A stretch of DNA of 64,000 nt from a virus (Duplodnaviria; Caudoviricetes): IMG/VR virus record IMGVR_UViG_3300042935_001404; one strand, given 5' to 3'. Positions within the stretch are counted from its first letter, which is position 1, and every line of letters begins with the position of its first letter. Of the stretch, positions 47,381-57,314 are shown piece by piece. The position numbers and the translations under genes are program-made. The notes under the pieces are model-generated. The model did not search any database, was not told the DNA's origin, and saw only the letters and a program-made list of their open reading frames with translations.

Positions 47381-48481
47381 TTATAAATTTGGCAGTTCAT
47401 CGTAATCTAACGTGTCACTCATGATGCCAATAACATAGTTAGTCGACTCGTTCTCCTGCAGTGCAGTTTGTTTGTTCGATGTGTTGACGTGTTTGTTAAA
47501 CCAAGGAATCGGTGTGCTCTTGGGAGCAGGTGCTAGATATTTAATACCAATTTCTTTCAATGCGGCAGCGGCAGTGTAGTCCACAAAATCACGCAGGATG
47601 TTGGCATTGAGTCCAATCACCGGACCATGTTTGAACAGGTATTCTGCCCATTCTTTTTCTTCACGAATAACATCCATGTACAGTTGATACACTTCTGCTT
47701 CGCATTCACCTTTGATGGCTGCAAAGCGTGGATCTTCTTTTACCACTTGATTGATCATCCAACCAGTCCACTCTTTGTGTAGTATTTCATCTTGCAGGAT
47801 CAACTGAATGATGTTGCCGTTGCCAATGAAGATCTTGTTCTCTACCATGGCCAAACTTGTGGCAAATGATACCATGAAGCGGAATGCTTCCAATGCGTAT
47901 GACGCATGCAGTGCCATCCAAATTGCTTTGATATGTTCACGCTCGGGAAAGTCTTCTAACAGTTCTTTACGGCAGTTGATCATGTGTAGTCGATCATAGT
48001 ACATGCCTACACTCGAAGCCATATCAACAATTTCTTTGGTGTCGTGGATTGTGTTGAACATTTCCTTGGGCACATTGTAGATGTTGCGAATGATGTGGCT
48101 GTAACTGCGACTATGGATATTGGTTTCAAAAAATGTCCAGTTATAGACCAATGCTTCTAGTTCAGGCAATGATACCACTGGTGTAAAGATTTGACTTGGA
48201 CCACGACCTTGTAAACTATCTAGTGCTGTTTGACGTAACAAGTTTGATGTAAAGATGTGCTTGACAGTATCCGACGCATCTTTAAAGTCTTGTGAGTCTT
48301 TGGTCAGGGAAATTTCTTCTGGTACCCAAAAAAATCCACGTGCTTCTTGCTCGTACTTGGCAATCTTGTTGTACTTGACTTCTTCAAAGCGTTGGATGGT
48401 AACCGGACCTGCTGGGTCCAGGAACATCTTACGATTGAGGTAGTCTGTTTTTGTTTTTAAATTGTATTGTGCTTGGCTCAT
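47381..48481 (-). CDS. nrdB: Ribonucleotide reductase class Ia beta subunit
   Basis: FFWVPEEI, ETIHSRSY-like ETNIHSRSY, LEAFRF, DEILH. Confidence 0.96.
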   Translation of the reverse strand: MSQAQYNLKTKTDYLNRKMFLDPAGPVTIQRFEEVKYNKIAKYEQEARGFFWVPEEISLTKDSQDFKDASDTVKHIFTSNLLRQTALDSLQGRGPSQIFTPVVSLPELEALVYNWTFFETNIHSRSYSHIIRNIYNVPKEMFNTIHDTKEIVDMASSVGMYYDRLHMINCRKELLEDFPEREHIKAIWMALHASYALEAFRFMVSFATSLAMVENKIFIGNGNIIQLILQDEILHKEWTGWMINQVVKEDPRFAAIKGECEAEVYQLYMDVIREEKEWAEYLFKHGPVIGLNANILRDFVDYTAAAALKEIGIKYLAPAPKSTPIPWFNKHVNTSNKQTALQENESTNYVIGIMSDTLDYDELPNL

Positions 48482-48485
48482 TGTA

Positions 48486-48686
48486 TTACCAGTGTCTAAT
48501 TGTGTTGGCTATAATAAAGCCACAAGTTATAATATGTATTATAACCCAAAACGTTTTGAAGAACAAGGCTATTCGGGCTTCTTGCAGTGTCAAGATAGGC
48601 ACATCAGGGCGATCATGATCTGATTCTCCCATCAAGTGTCCTGTAGCCCGGGCCCAGATTTTTTCAACGCTGTTCATAGTTTGCAT
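48486..48686 (-). CDS. Small membrane protein between nrdA and nrdB
   Basis: 66 aa with C-terminal TM, overlaps nrdA stop. Confidence 0.6.
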   Translation of the reverse strand: MQTMNSVEKIWARATGHLMGESDHDRPDVPILTLQEARIALFFKTFWVIIHIITCGFIIANTIRHW

Positions 48687-50998
48687 GATTCGCAGTCTTC
48701 ATCGAGATCAAAATCAATTTCATCCAATGGTGCAACTGCTTCATCTTCGGCCTTCATCTTACTGCCTGCTTTGTTGATCAGGCTGTAGTAGAATGTCTTC
48801 AGTCCCCAGTAATGTGCCTGCATCAAGTTCCGAGCAATCAGGGTTGTAGGAACTTTGCGATCAGCAAAGTGTGCCGGATTGTAAAATGTGTTTGTGCTGA
48901 TACTTTGGTCAACATAGGCTGCCAACACCGCCGCTGTTTTCAAGTAACCATCGCAGTCTTTTTGTGCCCACATCTGTTGATACTTGTTTTTCAACTTGTG
49001 ATACTCGGGCACAACCTGTGTTAATGATCCTGCTTTGCTTTCCTTAACTGAGATTAAACTCATGGGCATTTCAATCCCATTGGTTGAATTGATCACAACT
49101 GAGCTTGACTCCACAGGAGCAATGGCCATTGATGTTGCATTGCGAACACCATAACTGCGCATTTCTGCACGTAGGCTTTCCCAGTTCAGTTCTGGTGTAA
49201 AGTCTGCAAGTTCGTTCACACCTTTGGCACGTAGTTCCCAAGGAAACACACCTTGGCCGTAGCGTGTTCGGTCTGAGTCTACACAACGACCACGTTCTTT
49301 AGCCAGTTCTACTGACATTTCTGTCAGGTAGTAGGCTTGATGTTCCATCCACGTCTTGACTTCAGCCAAGGAGTCTCGCTCTCCGTAGTTGAATCCACGT
49401 TTGGCGTGCCAGTAGGCAAGGTTGGTGACTCCGATTCCCAGTGGTCTGATTTCGTCGTTGGATAGTTTAGACTGGATGGAAAGAAAGTCTTGATAATCAA
49501 GAATGTTGTTGAGGCTACGATGCAGTATACGGCAAGCACGGCGCATGTCTTCTGGATTGCGGAACGCACCCCAATTGATTGAGCCCAGGGTGCAAAGTGC
49601 GATACGACCGCTATCGTCATCCAGACGTTTAAAGGACTTAGTAGGTAAAAGTATTTCACAGCAAAGATTACTCTGGTAAATGGTATGATATTCAGGATCA
49701 AACGGTCCTTGCTTCATCACGTTGTCAATGAACACAAGATAGATACGTCCTGTGTCTGTACGCTCTTTTAGTATGCCCGACTTGAATACTTCTTCTGCTG
49801 CCATAGTTTTTGTACGCAAGTCCTTGCGTTTTTCGTACTTGACATACAGTTCTTCAAACAGTTCTGTGTTAGAATAAAACGCTTCGTATAAGTCTGGCAC
49901 TTCGTTGGGATCAAAGAATGTTATTTGTTCTTTGTTTTTAAATCGTCTCCAGAAGAAAGCACTAAGCACAACCCCATAATCCATATGACGGACTCGGGTT
50001 TCTTCTGTTCCTTGGTTGTTCTTAAGTACAATAAGATCATCAAACTGATGATGCCAAATAGGATAAAAAACAGTAGCACTTGCATTGCGGATACCTCCTT
50101 GACTGCATGAACGTAGGTCACCAAACCATTTTTTCAGGAATGGTATCATACCTGTGTGCATGATCTCACCACCTCGGATGGGACTACCTAACGGACGTAG
50201 TCGTCCAATCTCTAAACCAATGCCAGCACGTTTGCTGGCATACTTAGCCATCATTTCACCTGAAGCAAATATACTGTCCAGATCATCGTCACTGCGGATA
50301 AGTACGCAACTACTAAACTGTTTAGTAGGAGTCCCAAGACCAGCGAGCACAGGAGTAGCAAGAGTGAACAAGCCATCGCTGGCTGCGTTATAATATTCTT
50401 TGATATAACGCATACGGGCACTATTAGGTTCTTCTTTATGAAAGACTGTGGCGGCTGCCACCATGTATCTAACTTGTGGAGTTTCATATATTTCCTTTGT
50501 ACTTCTATTTTTTACCAAGTACTTCTCTATCAGTTGTTCAATGGCAGCATAACTGTACTGTTCGTCTTTGGAATGATCAATAATGTCATTCATTCGATTC
50601 CAGTCATCTTCAGTGTACCACTCCAGCAGTTCCGGAGTATATAACCCTGTGGCCACATTGGTTTTTACTATTTCGTATAGATGTGGCGGAGTGTAACTTC
50701 CGTATACATCTTTACGCAACATGCTTAGTCGTTGCTTGCCGGCCACAAACTGATAGTTGGTATGTCCTACATCAGGATTAGATTCAACATCAATTAAATC
50801 TACTATGGCCCGGAGGGTGATACCATCAATTTCTTTGGTTGTGATGCCGTCATAAAAGTGCAGTTGAGCTTTGATCTCCACCATACTCTGACTGACATCT
50901 GCTATACCTTGACATATTTTTGCTATTTGTGATTGCCACTTTTCGATAGCAATGGGTTCACGGCGCCCACTGCGCTTTACTACTGTTATTGTTGACAT
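48674..50998 (-). CDS. nrdA: Ribonucleotide reductase class Ia alpha subunit
   Basis: ATP cone, QFSSC, SNLCCEI, GVRNA, C-terminal CESC. Confidence 0.97.
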   Translation of the reverse strand: MSTITVVKRSGRREPIAIEKWQSQIAKICQGIADVSQSMVEIKAQLHFYDGITTKEIDGITLRAIVDLIDVESNPDVGHTNYQFVAGKQRLSMLRKDVYGSYTPPHLYEIVKTNVATGLYTPELLEWYTEDDWNRMNDIIDHSKDEQYSYAAIEQLIEKYLVKNRSTKEIYETPQVRYMVAAATVFHKEEPNSARMRYIKEYYNAASDGLFTLATPVLAGLGTPTKQFSSCVLIRSDDDLDSIFASGEMMAKYASKRAGIGLEIGRLRPLGSPIRGGEIMHTGMIPFLKKWFGDLRSCSQGGIRNASATVFYPIWHHQFDDLIVLKNNQGTEETRVRHMDYGVVLSAFFWRRFKNKEQITFFDPNEVPDLYEAFYSNTELFEELYVKYEKRKDLRTKTMAAEEVFKSGILKERTDTGRIYLVFIDNVMKQGPFDPEYHTIYQSNLCCEILLPTKSFKRLDDDSGRIALCTLGSINWGAFRNPEDMRRACRILHRSLNNILDYQDFLSIQSKLSNDEIRPLGIGVTNLAYWHAKRGFNYGERDSLAEVKTWMEHQAYYLTEMSVELAKERGRCVDSDRTRYGQGVFPWELRAKGVNELADFTPELNWESLRAEMRSYGVRNATSMAIAPVESSSVVINSTNGIEMPMSLISVKESKAGSLTQVVPEYHKLKNKYQQMWAQKDCDGYLKTAAVLAAYVDQSISTNTFYNPAHFADRKVPTTLIARNLMQAHYWGLKTFYYSLINKAGSKMKAEDEAVAPLDEIDFDLDEDCESCKL

Positions 50999-51019
50999 CT
51001 GCTTCTCTTGTTATTTTTG

Positions 51020-51448
51020 TTACTGGTACTTCTCACTAACCTGTAATTGGGTTAATTTTTTTACTATTTTTGCTTCTGGATTGATATTTACGACAGTTGA
51101 CTTATCCCAATTCAGTATATATTTTGATTTGTCGACCAGGACTAAATTATGACCCGTTTTTGTTAAAATCAGTTCTGCTGAGTGTATATCTGCACGTTCC
51201 AACAAAGTTATAGTATACAGGATTCCTAGCCCGCGAGCAACCTCGCAGAATATATTGTCATCCAATAGTTGCCAGGGATCGGGCCAATCTGTTTGATCAT
51301 CCCAGTGCAGGTGATATCCAGTCCAGGGAGATGAGAACCACCAGGTGTTGATGTCTTCCAGTGCCGCATCAATGGGCAGAGTTTTGGCTCGAGTGCGTAG
51401 TTGTGTCCAACTATCCAGCCGGGATTCAAATGTTGCAGGCCAGACCAC
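51020..51448 (-). CDS. Hypothetical protein, possible transglutaminase-like fold
   Basis: WPDPWQLL...FCEVA...GHNLVLV (Cys, His). Confidence 0.5.
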   Translation of the reverse strand: MVWPATFESRLDSWTQLRTRAKTLPIDAALEDINTWWFSSPWTGYHLHWDDQTDWPDPWQLLDDNIFCEVARGLGILYTITLLERADIHSAELILTKTGHNLVLVDKSKYILNWDKSTVVNINPEAKIVKKLTQLQVSEKYQ

Positions 51449-51449
51449 G

Positions 51450-53030
51450 TTAGGCCAAATGTGTTATACTATAAGTTAGTGTAGCGGCCAAGCCGGTGTT
51501 GGTACTAATGTACTTTACAAAAACCGTGCTGCCAGTCTGAGTCACAGTGAGAGTAATGCCAGTACTGGCATTTTCTGTGTAGTCATCTGTGTAGTTTAAA
51601 CTGCCGCTTCCTGTGGTAGTTATGTTAATAATACCAGTTCGGTACGCTGTACCTCTCACAATGGTATAATTGATGCTGAGTGCAACAACACTGCCAAGGC
51701 TGTATGCGATTGCATTGGTGGGAGTAATGACGTTGTTTGTTAATGAAACTGCGAGTCCGGAGTCTCGAACATAGGTGCCCATGGCCAACTGTTGACCGTT
51801 TGTAAATGCAATACTTGCTTCGCCATTTAAATCAATTCTTGGATGCACAACAGCATAGGCATCTGCCCGTTCGAACATGTCACCAACACTTATGTTGTTG
51901 GCAGACAAGAAATCTATGATTGTGGTGTAGGGTTGTGTTATGCCACCAAAGTGGTTGCCAACATCGCCAAATGTGTTTTGTGCTGTGGCATTGCGATCAG
52001 AATAAAATATAATACCTTGTGCATATACAGTATCAAAATCGCAACTGGTAATTCCAAATCCTTGTGGATTGAATTCAGCACCATCAGGATTGACTTCTAA
52101 TAGAACGCCGTTGAACAAGGTTGAAAAATGTGCGCCTGTGATACCTACTCCGCGAACATGTCGATCTGTTCTAACTCCGTATGTTGTTCCAGTGAATCCG
52201 CAGTTGTCAAATTTAATTTGATGTACATCTAACGCATCACTATTGTCAAATCTAACACAAGCAGTGTTGTCGGTATCCACTGTGAGATCTGCTGTGGTCA
52301 ATGGTCCAACAAATTGCACTTGATTGAAAATACAGTCGGATGCTCGATCAATGAATGCAATATCCATTGGATCAACGGATTGGAAACACATGTTTTCAAT
52401 TGTAATACTTGTGGGCGGTGTTGCACTGTTTGTGCCAATGTTGGCACCTGTTTGTTGTAAACTGTCGCTGGTCTGTACCACGTATGATGCTGCCGAGCCG
52501 GCAGCCATTTGAATGATACTGTTCAGAGGACCTTCACCTTGTAATGTAGCATAAGGAGGAACATTAATTGTGCCAGTGACAAGATATACGCCGGCTGGAA
52601 AGAATAAACTTCTGCGAATTGCAGGATTTACTTCTCTGCAATAAAGTTGATAAAGTGCGCGGTTAATGGCCGCAGTGTCATCTGTAATACCATCGCCCAC
52701 TGCACCAAAGTCTTTGACAGTGGCAAACTGATCCATCCAATTTTGGAGAGATAGTTGTACTGGAGTTCCGGGTGATGGGCCAGTTTGTACTGTGTATCCC
52801 GTGGCTTCTTCGCCGCTGTAAGTGTAATCCTGTACCAGCGGAATAATTTCAGAAAATTCTGTTAAGATTTCAGTGTTGCCGATAACTGGAGCGCCGTCTT
52901 GAAGAGTTCCGTTGCCAATGAACAATCTGCGTTCGTCAATGCTCCATCCGAATTCAGCACCGGCCAGTTGCGGTAGATTTTCCTGTAACCCTTTACGCTG
53001 GGTAATTCGCGAAATTTGTACAATAGCCAA
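51450..53030 (-). CDS. Tail fibre/spike with pectate-lyase-like beta-helix
   Basis: GAEFGWSIDERRLFIGNG N-terminus; VKDFGAVGDGITDDTAAI...FFPAGVY. Confidence 0.85.
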   Translation of the reverse strand: MAIVQISRITQRKGLQENLPQLAGAEFGWSIDERRLFIGNGTLQDGAPVIGNTEILTEFSEIIPLVQDYTYSGEEATGYTVQTGPSPGTPVQLSLQNWMDQFATVKDFGAVGDGITDDTAAINRALYQLYCREVNPAIRRSLFFPAGVYLVTGTINVPPYATLQGEGPLNSIIQMAAGSAASYVVQTSDSLQQTGANIGTNSATPPTSITIENMCFQSVDPMDIAFIDRASDCIFNQVQFVGPLTTADLTVDTDNTACVRFDNSDALDVHQIKFDNCGFTGTTYGVRTDRHVRGVGITGAHFSTLFNGVLLEVNPDGAEFNPQGFGITSCDFDTVYAQGIIFYSDRNATAQNTFGDVGNHFGGITQPYTTIIDFLSANNISVGDMFERADAYAVVHPRIDLNGEASIAFTNGQQLAMGTYVRDSGLAVSLTNNVITPTNAIAYSLGSVVALSINYTIVRGTAYRTGIINITTTGSGSLNYTDDYTENASTGITLTVTQTGSTVFVKYISTNTGLAATLTYSITHLA

Positions 53031-53048
53031 TTTAGTTGTCCTCTGTGA

Positions 53049-53768
53049 TTAACTATTTAGCATATAATACTGCTCTACTCGTTTCCACCAAAGACCGCAG
53101 TATTTTTCAAACTCGTTGCCCTCTAGTACAAATTCCTGGTATTCAGGTGTGGTAAGCACATTGCCCATGTCATCAGTTGTGGGTTTGACACACATTAAAA
53201 TAACACCTTTTTTAATCTTTGTTCCGTGCAGTTCGTTATGTGCTTCTGCATAGGCGCAAAGTTGTAAAAAGTAATCGTCGATCCATTCACGTTTTTTGGG
53301 CTTGTTGGTTTGTTTGTAGTCTATGATGGCTTCTTCGTTTAAGTGCAGGCCGGCAGCATCTGTTGTGCCTGCATACACCTTGGGAAAATATAGTGGAACT
53401 TCGTAGCCCCAAAACTCATTCACCCGATTGGTAATTCCTTCATTAATCACTGTTTCTGCCATGGCATGACTTGCCCACCCAAACGGGTTTGTACCACGGT
53501 CTTTTAGTTCGCCATTCTTGACATAGTGTTCCAGGTAGGTGTGCATACGTGTGCCGCGGTTAGCAGCCTCAGTGGTAATCTGTTGTGCCTTTTCGTAGCC
53601 AACACGTCGGCGCCATTGTTCAAGAATTAACTTTTTTTCTTCAGGCTTGGTTTTGTCAAGGATAGTCGTGACACTGGGTAACTTGTTGCCGTCAGGAGTG
53701 GCATAAAAACGTTTGCCATTTACTTCTACACGCGGCACCGGTGTGTAATTAAATTTTGGATTGTACAT
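53049..53768 (-). CDS. PD-(D/E)xK exonuclease (RecB/Cas4-like phage family)
   Basis: LPSVTTIL, GTRMH, AGTTD...IIDYKQT, QLCAYA. Confidence 0.88.
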   Translation of the reverse strand: MYNPKFNYTPVPRVEVNGKRFYATPDGNKLPSVTTILDKTKPEEKKLILEQWRRRVGYEKAQQITTEAANRGTRMHTYLEHYVKNGELKDRGTNPFGWASHAMAETVINEGITNRVNEFWGYEVPLYFPKVYAGTTDAAGLHLNEEAIIDYKQTNKPKKREWIDDYFLQLCAYAEAHNELHGTKIKKGVILMCVKPTTDDMGNVLTTPEYQEFVLEGNEFEKYCGLWWKRVEQYYMLNS

Positions 53769-55029
53769 GTTGCAAATGAGAGTTGTATATATGTTTATGG
53801 GCGTCTGACAGTTTGTCAAACAGTTTGGAATTTAGGGTGTAGCTATCAGTATCGGTGCGATTGTCGTAATCTGCGGTAAATTTTAAATATTCTGTAAATG
53901 TTGGTTCTGTGTTTCGTTTATTATTCATAACAGTGGACAACATTGACGTGAAATATCCTTTGAGTACATCGGTGCGTTTGTATTTTTTAAACACTGTGTG
54001 GTTTACGCATTGCTCTAACAGTTCAATCAGTTGCGGGTAGTATTGCAATGATAAACTTTCTACCATCAATGGCTCAGGATTATACAAGTGTATGTTTGAC
54101 ATCCATAAATCTGTTTGTGTTTGATCTGCCCAGCGTTCCCACCAATCAAGATAATCTGTTGCATAAAAAATATTGTTCAATGAAAATACAGGACTAACCG
54201 ACAACGAAAATTTTCCTGGATATTGTTGACTCAACGAATTGAATGTTTTTAAGTTGTCTTCAATTTTGTTAAATTTAGCAGGCCATCTCACATAATGATA
54301 ATTTTCCCCAACGCTGTCGATGCTTGAAAGAAATTCTATGCGTTTGAACAATGCAAATTTTTCAGAAAATTTTTCAGATATGCTAGGCACAAGACTGGTA
54401 GTAATACGCAGTGTAGTTGTCCCTGCTAAGTTTTCTGCAATCAACCAATCAACTAATTTTAAAAATCCAGGTTGCACCATTGTTTCGCCACCAATTGGAT
54501 GTACAATGAAGTTATCAGTTTCGTTATGTTTGCAAAGAATCATGTCAACTAGTGCATTCCAATGGTTCTCGTTTGTTGAAATATCAATTTCGTATTCAGT
54601 CTCAGCCGGGCGACCCATCAGCTTGGACCATAAACTGCTGTCAGTTTCGTTGCAACTGCGACAGGCTAAATTACATAAATTGCTGAATTTCATTCCAACT
54701 TGGAATTCAGTTGTTTTTCTGGACTGCTTAAACTGTTCTAGTTCGTCGGCCGAGTAACCCAGCATGTATTTTACACGTTCTGACTGTGCTTGATTTTGTT
54801 CATCGTGTGTGCATCGCCAGCAATGCTCTGACACAATGTTCTTTGACATGTCTTGCTTGACATTTTCTATAAAACTAAAATCCAGATCTTTATTTGTTTT
54901 AGATATGTCTAAATTACAACAAGTTGTAACTTTAAATTTGTCAAATTGAAATCTGAAATCGTATGCAGAATAAGGTGCTGTGCAAAATTCAGGATTATTT
55001 TTAATCCATTGAATTGTTTGTGAGGTCAT
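53749..55029 (-). CDS. Radical SAM/SPASM-twitch protein
   Basis: CTAPY...TCC...CWRC; SNLCNLACRSC; IGGETM; ATGA overlap with iscA. Confidence 0.9.
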   Translation of the reverse strand: MTSQTIQWIKNNPEFCTAPYSAYDFRFQFDKFKVTTCCNLDISKTNKDLDFSFIENVKQDMSKNIVSEHCWRCTHDEQNQAQSERVKYMLGYSADELEQFKQSRKTTEFQVGMKFSNLCNLACRSCNETDSSLWSKLMGRPAETEYEIDISTNENHWNALVDMILCKHNETDNFIVHPIGGETMVQPGFLKLVDWLIAENLAGTTTLRITTSLVPSISEKFSEKFALFKRIEFLSSIDSVGENYHYVRWPAKFNKIEDNLKTFNSLSQQYPGKFSLSVSPVFSLNNIFYATDYLDWWERWADQTQTDLWMSNIHLYNPEPLMVESLSLQYYPQLIELLEQCVNHTVFKKYKRTDVLKGYFTSMLSTVMNNKRNTEPTFTEYLKFTADYDNRTDTDSYTLNSKLFDKLSDAHKHIYNSHLQHVQSKI

Positions 55030-55346
55030 ATTCTGAATGATTCTCCACAGCCACAACGATCACGCTCATTTGGATTGCGAAATTCAAACCCTTCATTGAG
55101 TCCTTGTCGAACATAGTCAACTGTGATGCCTTGCAAATACGCACCAGATTTAGGATCTACAAATACTCGACAGTTGGCACAGTCAAAACACTGATCCTCG
55201 GGTTGTGGATTGTCTACATATTCTAACACATAGGCAAGTCCAGAGCAACCAGTGGTTCTGACTCCAAGTCTGATTCCTTCACCGTGTCCACGGCGAGTTA
55301 ATGTTTGTTGAATTTTTCGAGCGGCAGCATCAGTTAACGAGATCAT
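55026..55346 (-). CDS. iscA: Fe-S cluster assembly A-type carrier IscA
   Basis: TTGCSGLAY, NPNE...CGCGESF. Confidence 0.95.
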   Translation of the reverse strand: MISLTDAAARKIQQTLTRRGHGEGIRLGVRTTGCSGLAYVLEYVDNPQPEDQCFDCANCRVFVDPKSGAYLQGITVDYVRQGLNEGFEFRNPNERDRCGCGESFRI

Positions 55347-55722
55347 GCTTCTTACGATAGTCGTCTACAGCCGCTTTGATTGCGTCTTCGGCTAGAATGC
55401 TACAATGGATCTTCACGGGGGGTAAGGCCAATTCTTCAGCGATGTCGGAGTTTTTGATTGCTCCTGCTTGGTCGATGTGCATGCCTTTGACCCACTCGGT
55501 AATAAGGCTCGAGCTCGCAATAGCCGATCCGCAGCCATACGTTTTAAAACGTGCATCTGTAATAATACCTGTATCATTATCGACCTTTATTTGTAATTTC
55601 ATGACATCCCCGCAAGCAGGTGCGCCAACCATACCAGTGCCAATATCAGTATCAGTCTTGTCAAAAGATCCGACATTCCTGGGATTTTCATAGTGATCAA
55701 CTACCTTTTTGGAGTATGCCAT
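55330..55722 (-). CDS. iscU: Fe-S cluster scaffold IscU
   Basis: DHYENPRNVG, APACGDVM, YGCGSA, LPPVKIHC. Confidence 0.97.
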   Translation of the reverse strand: MAYSKKVVDHYENPRNVGSFDKTDTDIGTGMVGAPACGDVMKLQIKVDNDTGIITDARFKTYGCGSAIASSSLITEWVKGMHIDQAGAIKNSDIAEELALPPVKIHCSILAEDAIKAAVDDYRKKHDLVN

Positions 55723-55728
55723 GTGTGT

Positions 55729-55932
55729 TTACTCTGGTTTAATGTTGGATGCCTGCAGGCCTTTTTGTCCTTGAACCACATCGTATGTCACACGTTGATT
55801 TTCCTTGAGGACTTTAAAGCCTTGCGTCTGAATTGCTGAATAGTGTGCAAACAATTCTTCGCCACCTTCGTCTGGAGTAATAAACCCAAAACCTTTGGTT
55901 TCATTAAACCACTTTACTTTACCTAATGCCAT
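55729..55932 (-). CDS. cspA: Cold-shock domain protein
   Basis: [21 protein letters not shown]. Confidence 0.9.
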   Translation of the reverse strand: MALGKVKWFNETKGFGFITPDEGGEELFAHYSAIQTQGFKVLKENQRVTYDVVQGQKGLQASNIKPE

Positions 55933-56041
55933 ATACTGCTACTACTTTCTGTTTTAATTTACTAATTTACAATTACTTTGTACACGTTCTTGTGTCTACC
56001 TACCTCAAATGTATTATACTACATTCTGTGTGTATTTACTA

Positions 56042-56965
56042 TCATTTTGGTTCTTTTATCCAGGACTTTTTACGATCACTGAAAGTAATTGGTTTGTATT
56101 CGTATGATTCTGGGCAGAACTTACATTGATCAATTTGATTGTCAATCGTGTCAATAAATTCTTTGCCCCGGATGTCAAATTCATCAATGGTCAACGGCTT
56201 ATAGCCGTGTAGCATAGCACGATCCTCATCGCTTATTTCAAAATGGTATTGATCATCAAATTCGGGCATTAATGCAGCCGGTCCGCATTTATAAATCTTA
56301 CCATTGATCATGTGATAATTTTTAAATCTGCGAAAAGTGCAGTTTTCGTGTGCCCGTGCAGGATCACTTTGATACAGTGTGTACTTGTTATCTGGCAGTT
56401 CAATGATATTGCTTTGAACAAACTTGTTGCTCATCCAGGCGTGAATTTTTAATTTTTTATCATTAATAAATTGATAATCGCTACCAATTGGATCATCCTT
56501 GTGTTGTGTTTCTATTACAGTGGGTCCCAAGAAGTTTCGTACACGAGCAAATATTTCTTCTCGGTCATTGGGATTGTGTATGCTAATGCCTAGCCAATTG
56601 CCTACCTTAGGATCAAGTGCTTCTTCAAGTCCTTTGACACAATCAATTCTAGTGCCGTTGCTTTGGACTTGGGTTCCTGAATGATTGGGCCATAGTTTAT
56701 TAACGCCAGTGATCCACTTGACAATGTCAGGATTAAGCAGTGGTTCGCCGCCAAGGATTACAGGATGTCGTATATCTATTTTTTCTGCCCAGCGTGTGAG
56801 AACAGGTTCGGCTTCTGCCCAACTTTGCCAACCGCTGAATTTATAATTGTTATATCGGTTACAACCATTGCAGGTTAGGTTACACACGTTGGTGATGTAG
56901 AATTCTAACTTGTCAATCAAGATTTTTTGTGTCATGTAACGATATTTAATGCCATTAACTGGCAA
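56042..56965 (-). CDS. Radical SAM protein, second subfamily (C-terminal Cys cluster)
   Basis: ITNVCNLTCNGC, LGGEPLL, C...KCG...CKFC. Confidence 0.88.
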   Translation of the reverse strand: MPVNGIKYRYMTQKILIDKLEFYITNVCNLTCNGCNRYNNYKFSGWQSWAEAEPVLTRWAEKIDIRHPVILGGEPLLNPDIVKWITGVNKLWPNHSGTQVQSNGTRIDCVKGLEEALDPKVGNWLGISIHNPNDREEIFARVRNFLGPTVIETQHKDDPIGSDYQFINDKKLKIHAWMSNKFVQSNIIELPDNKYTLYQSDPARAHENCTFRRFKNYHMINGKIYKCGPAALMPEFDDQYHFEISDEDRAMLHGYKPLTIDEFDIRGKEFIDTIDNQIDQCKFCPESYEYKPITFSDRKKSWIKEPK

Positions 56966-56972
56966 GAGTGTT

Positions 56973-57314
56973 TTATTGGCGACGCTTCAAGGCTGCTTTG
57001 GCATTGCTGTCAACAACTTCACGTGCTTGGTCAACACTCATGCCTGTGGTGGCTTCGGTGTTGCCTTTGAATCTAACTATGCCTGAATTTGGTTCAAGTG
57101 GTTCAAGCAAGTTGCTCAATGGTTCACGGCTGATCATGTCACCAAGATTTTGTTCAGTTACGTTAACGCCCATTGACTGAGCTAAATCAATAAATGCTGC
57201 TTGACTAATTTGTTTTGAGGCTGCTTCGTCATCGGCTCTGTCGCTGAGAAACTGAGTCAGCGCCGCTAGTTTAAGAGCGCTGTTGGCAGTTTCATTAAAC
57301 TCACGTAGACGCAT
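56973..57314 (-). CDS. Late hypothetical protein, MRLREF N-terminus
   Basis: ORF in late operon. Confidence 0.7.
   Translation of the reverse strand: MRLREFNETANSALKLAALTQFLSDRADDEAASKQISQAAFIDLAQSMGVNVTEQNLGDMISREPLSNLLEPLEPNSGIVRFKGNTEATTGMSVDQAREVVDSNAKAALKRRQ

Noticed and set aside
48486-48686. ORF between nrdA and nrdB as a homing endonuclease or intron
   Set aside because: Only 66 aa, hydrophobic, no nuclease motif; nrdA and nrdB look full length and uninterrupted
53049-53768. Exonuclease as Cas4 of a CRISPR system
   Set aside because: No Cys cluster for Fe-S, no array or cas1; this family is routine in T4-like phages
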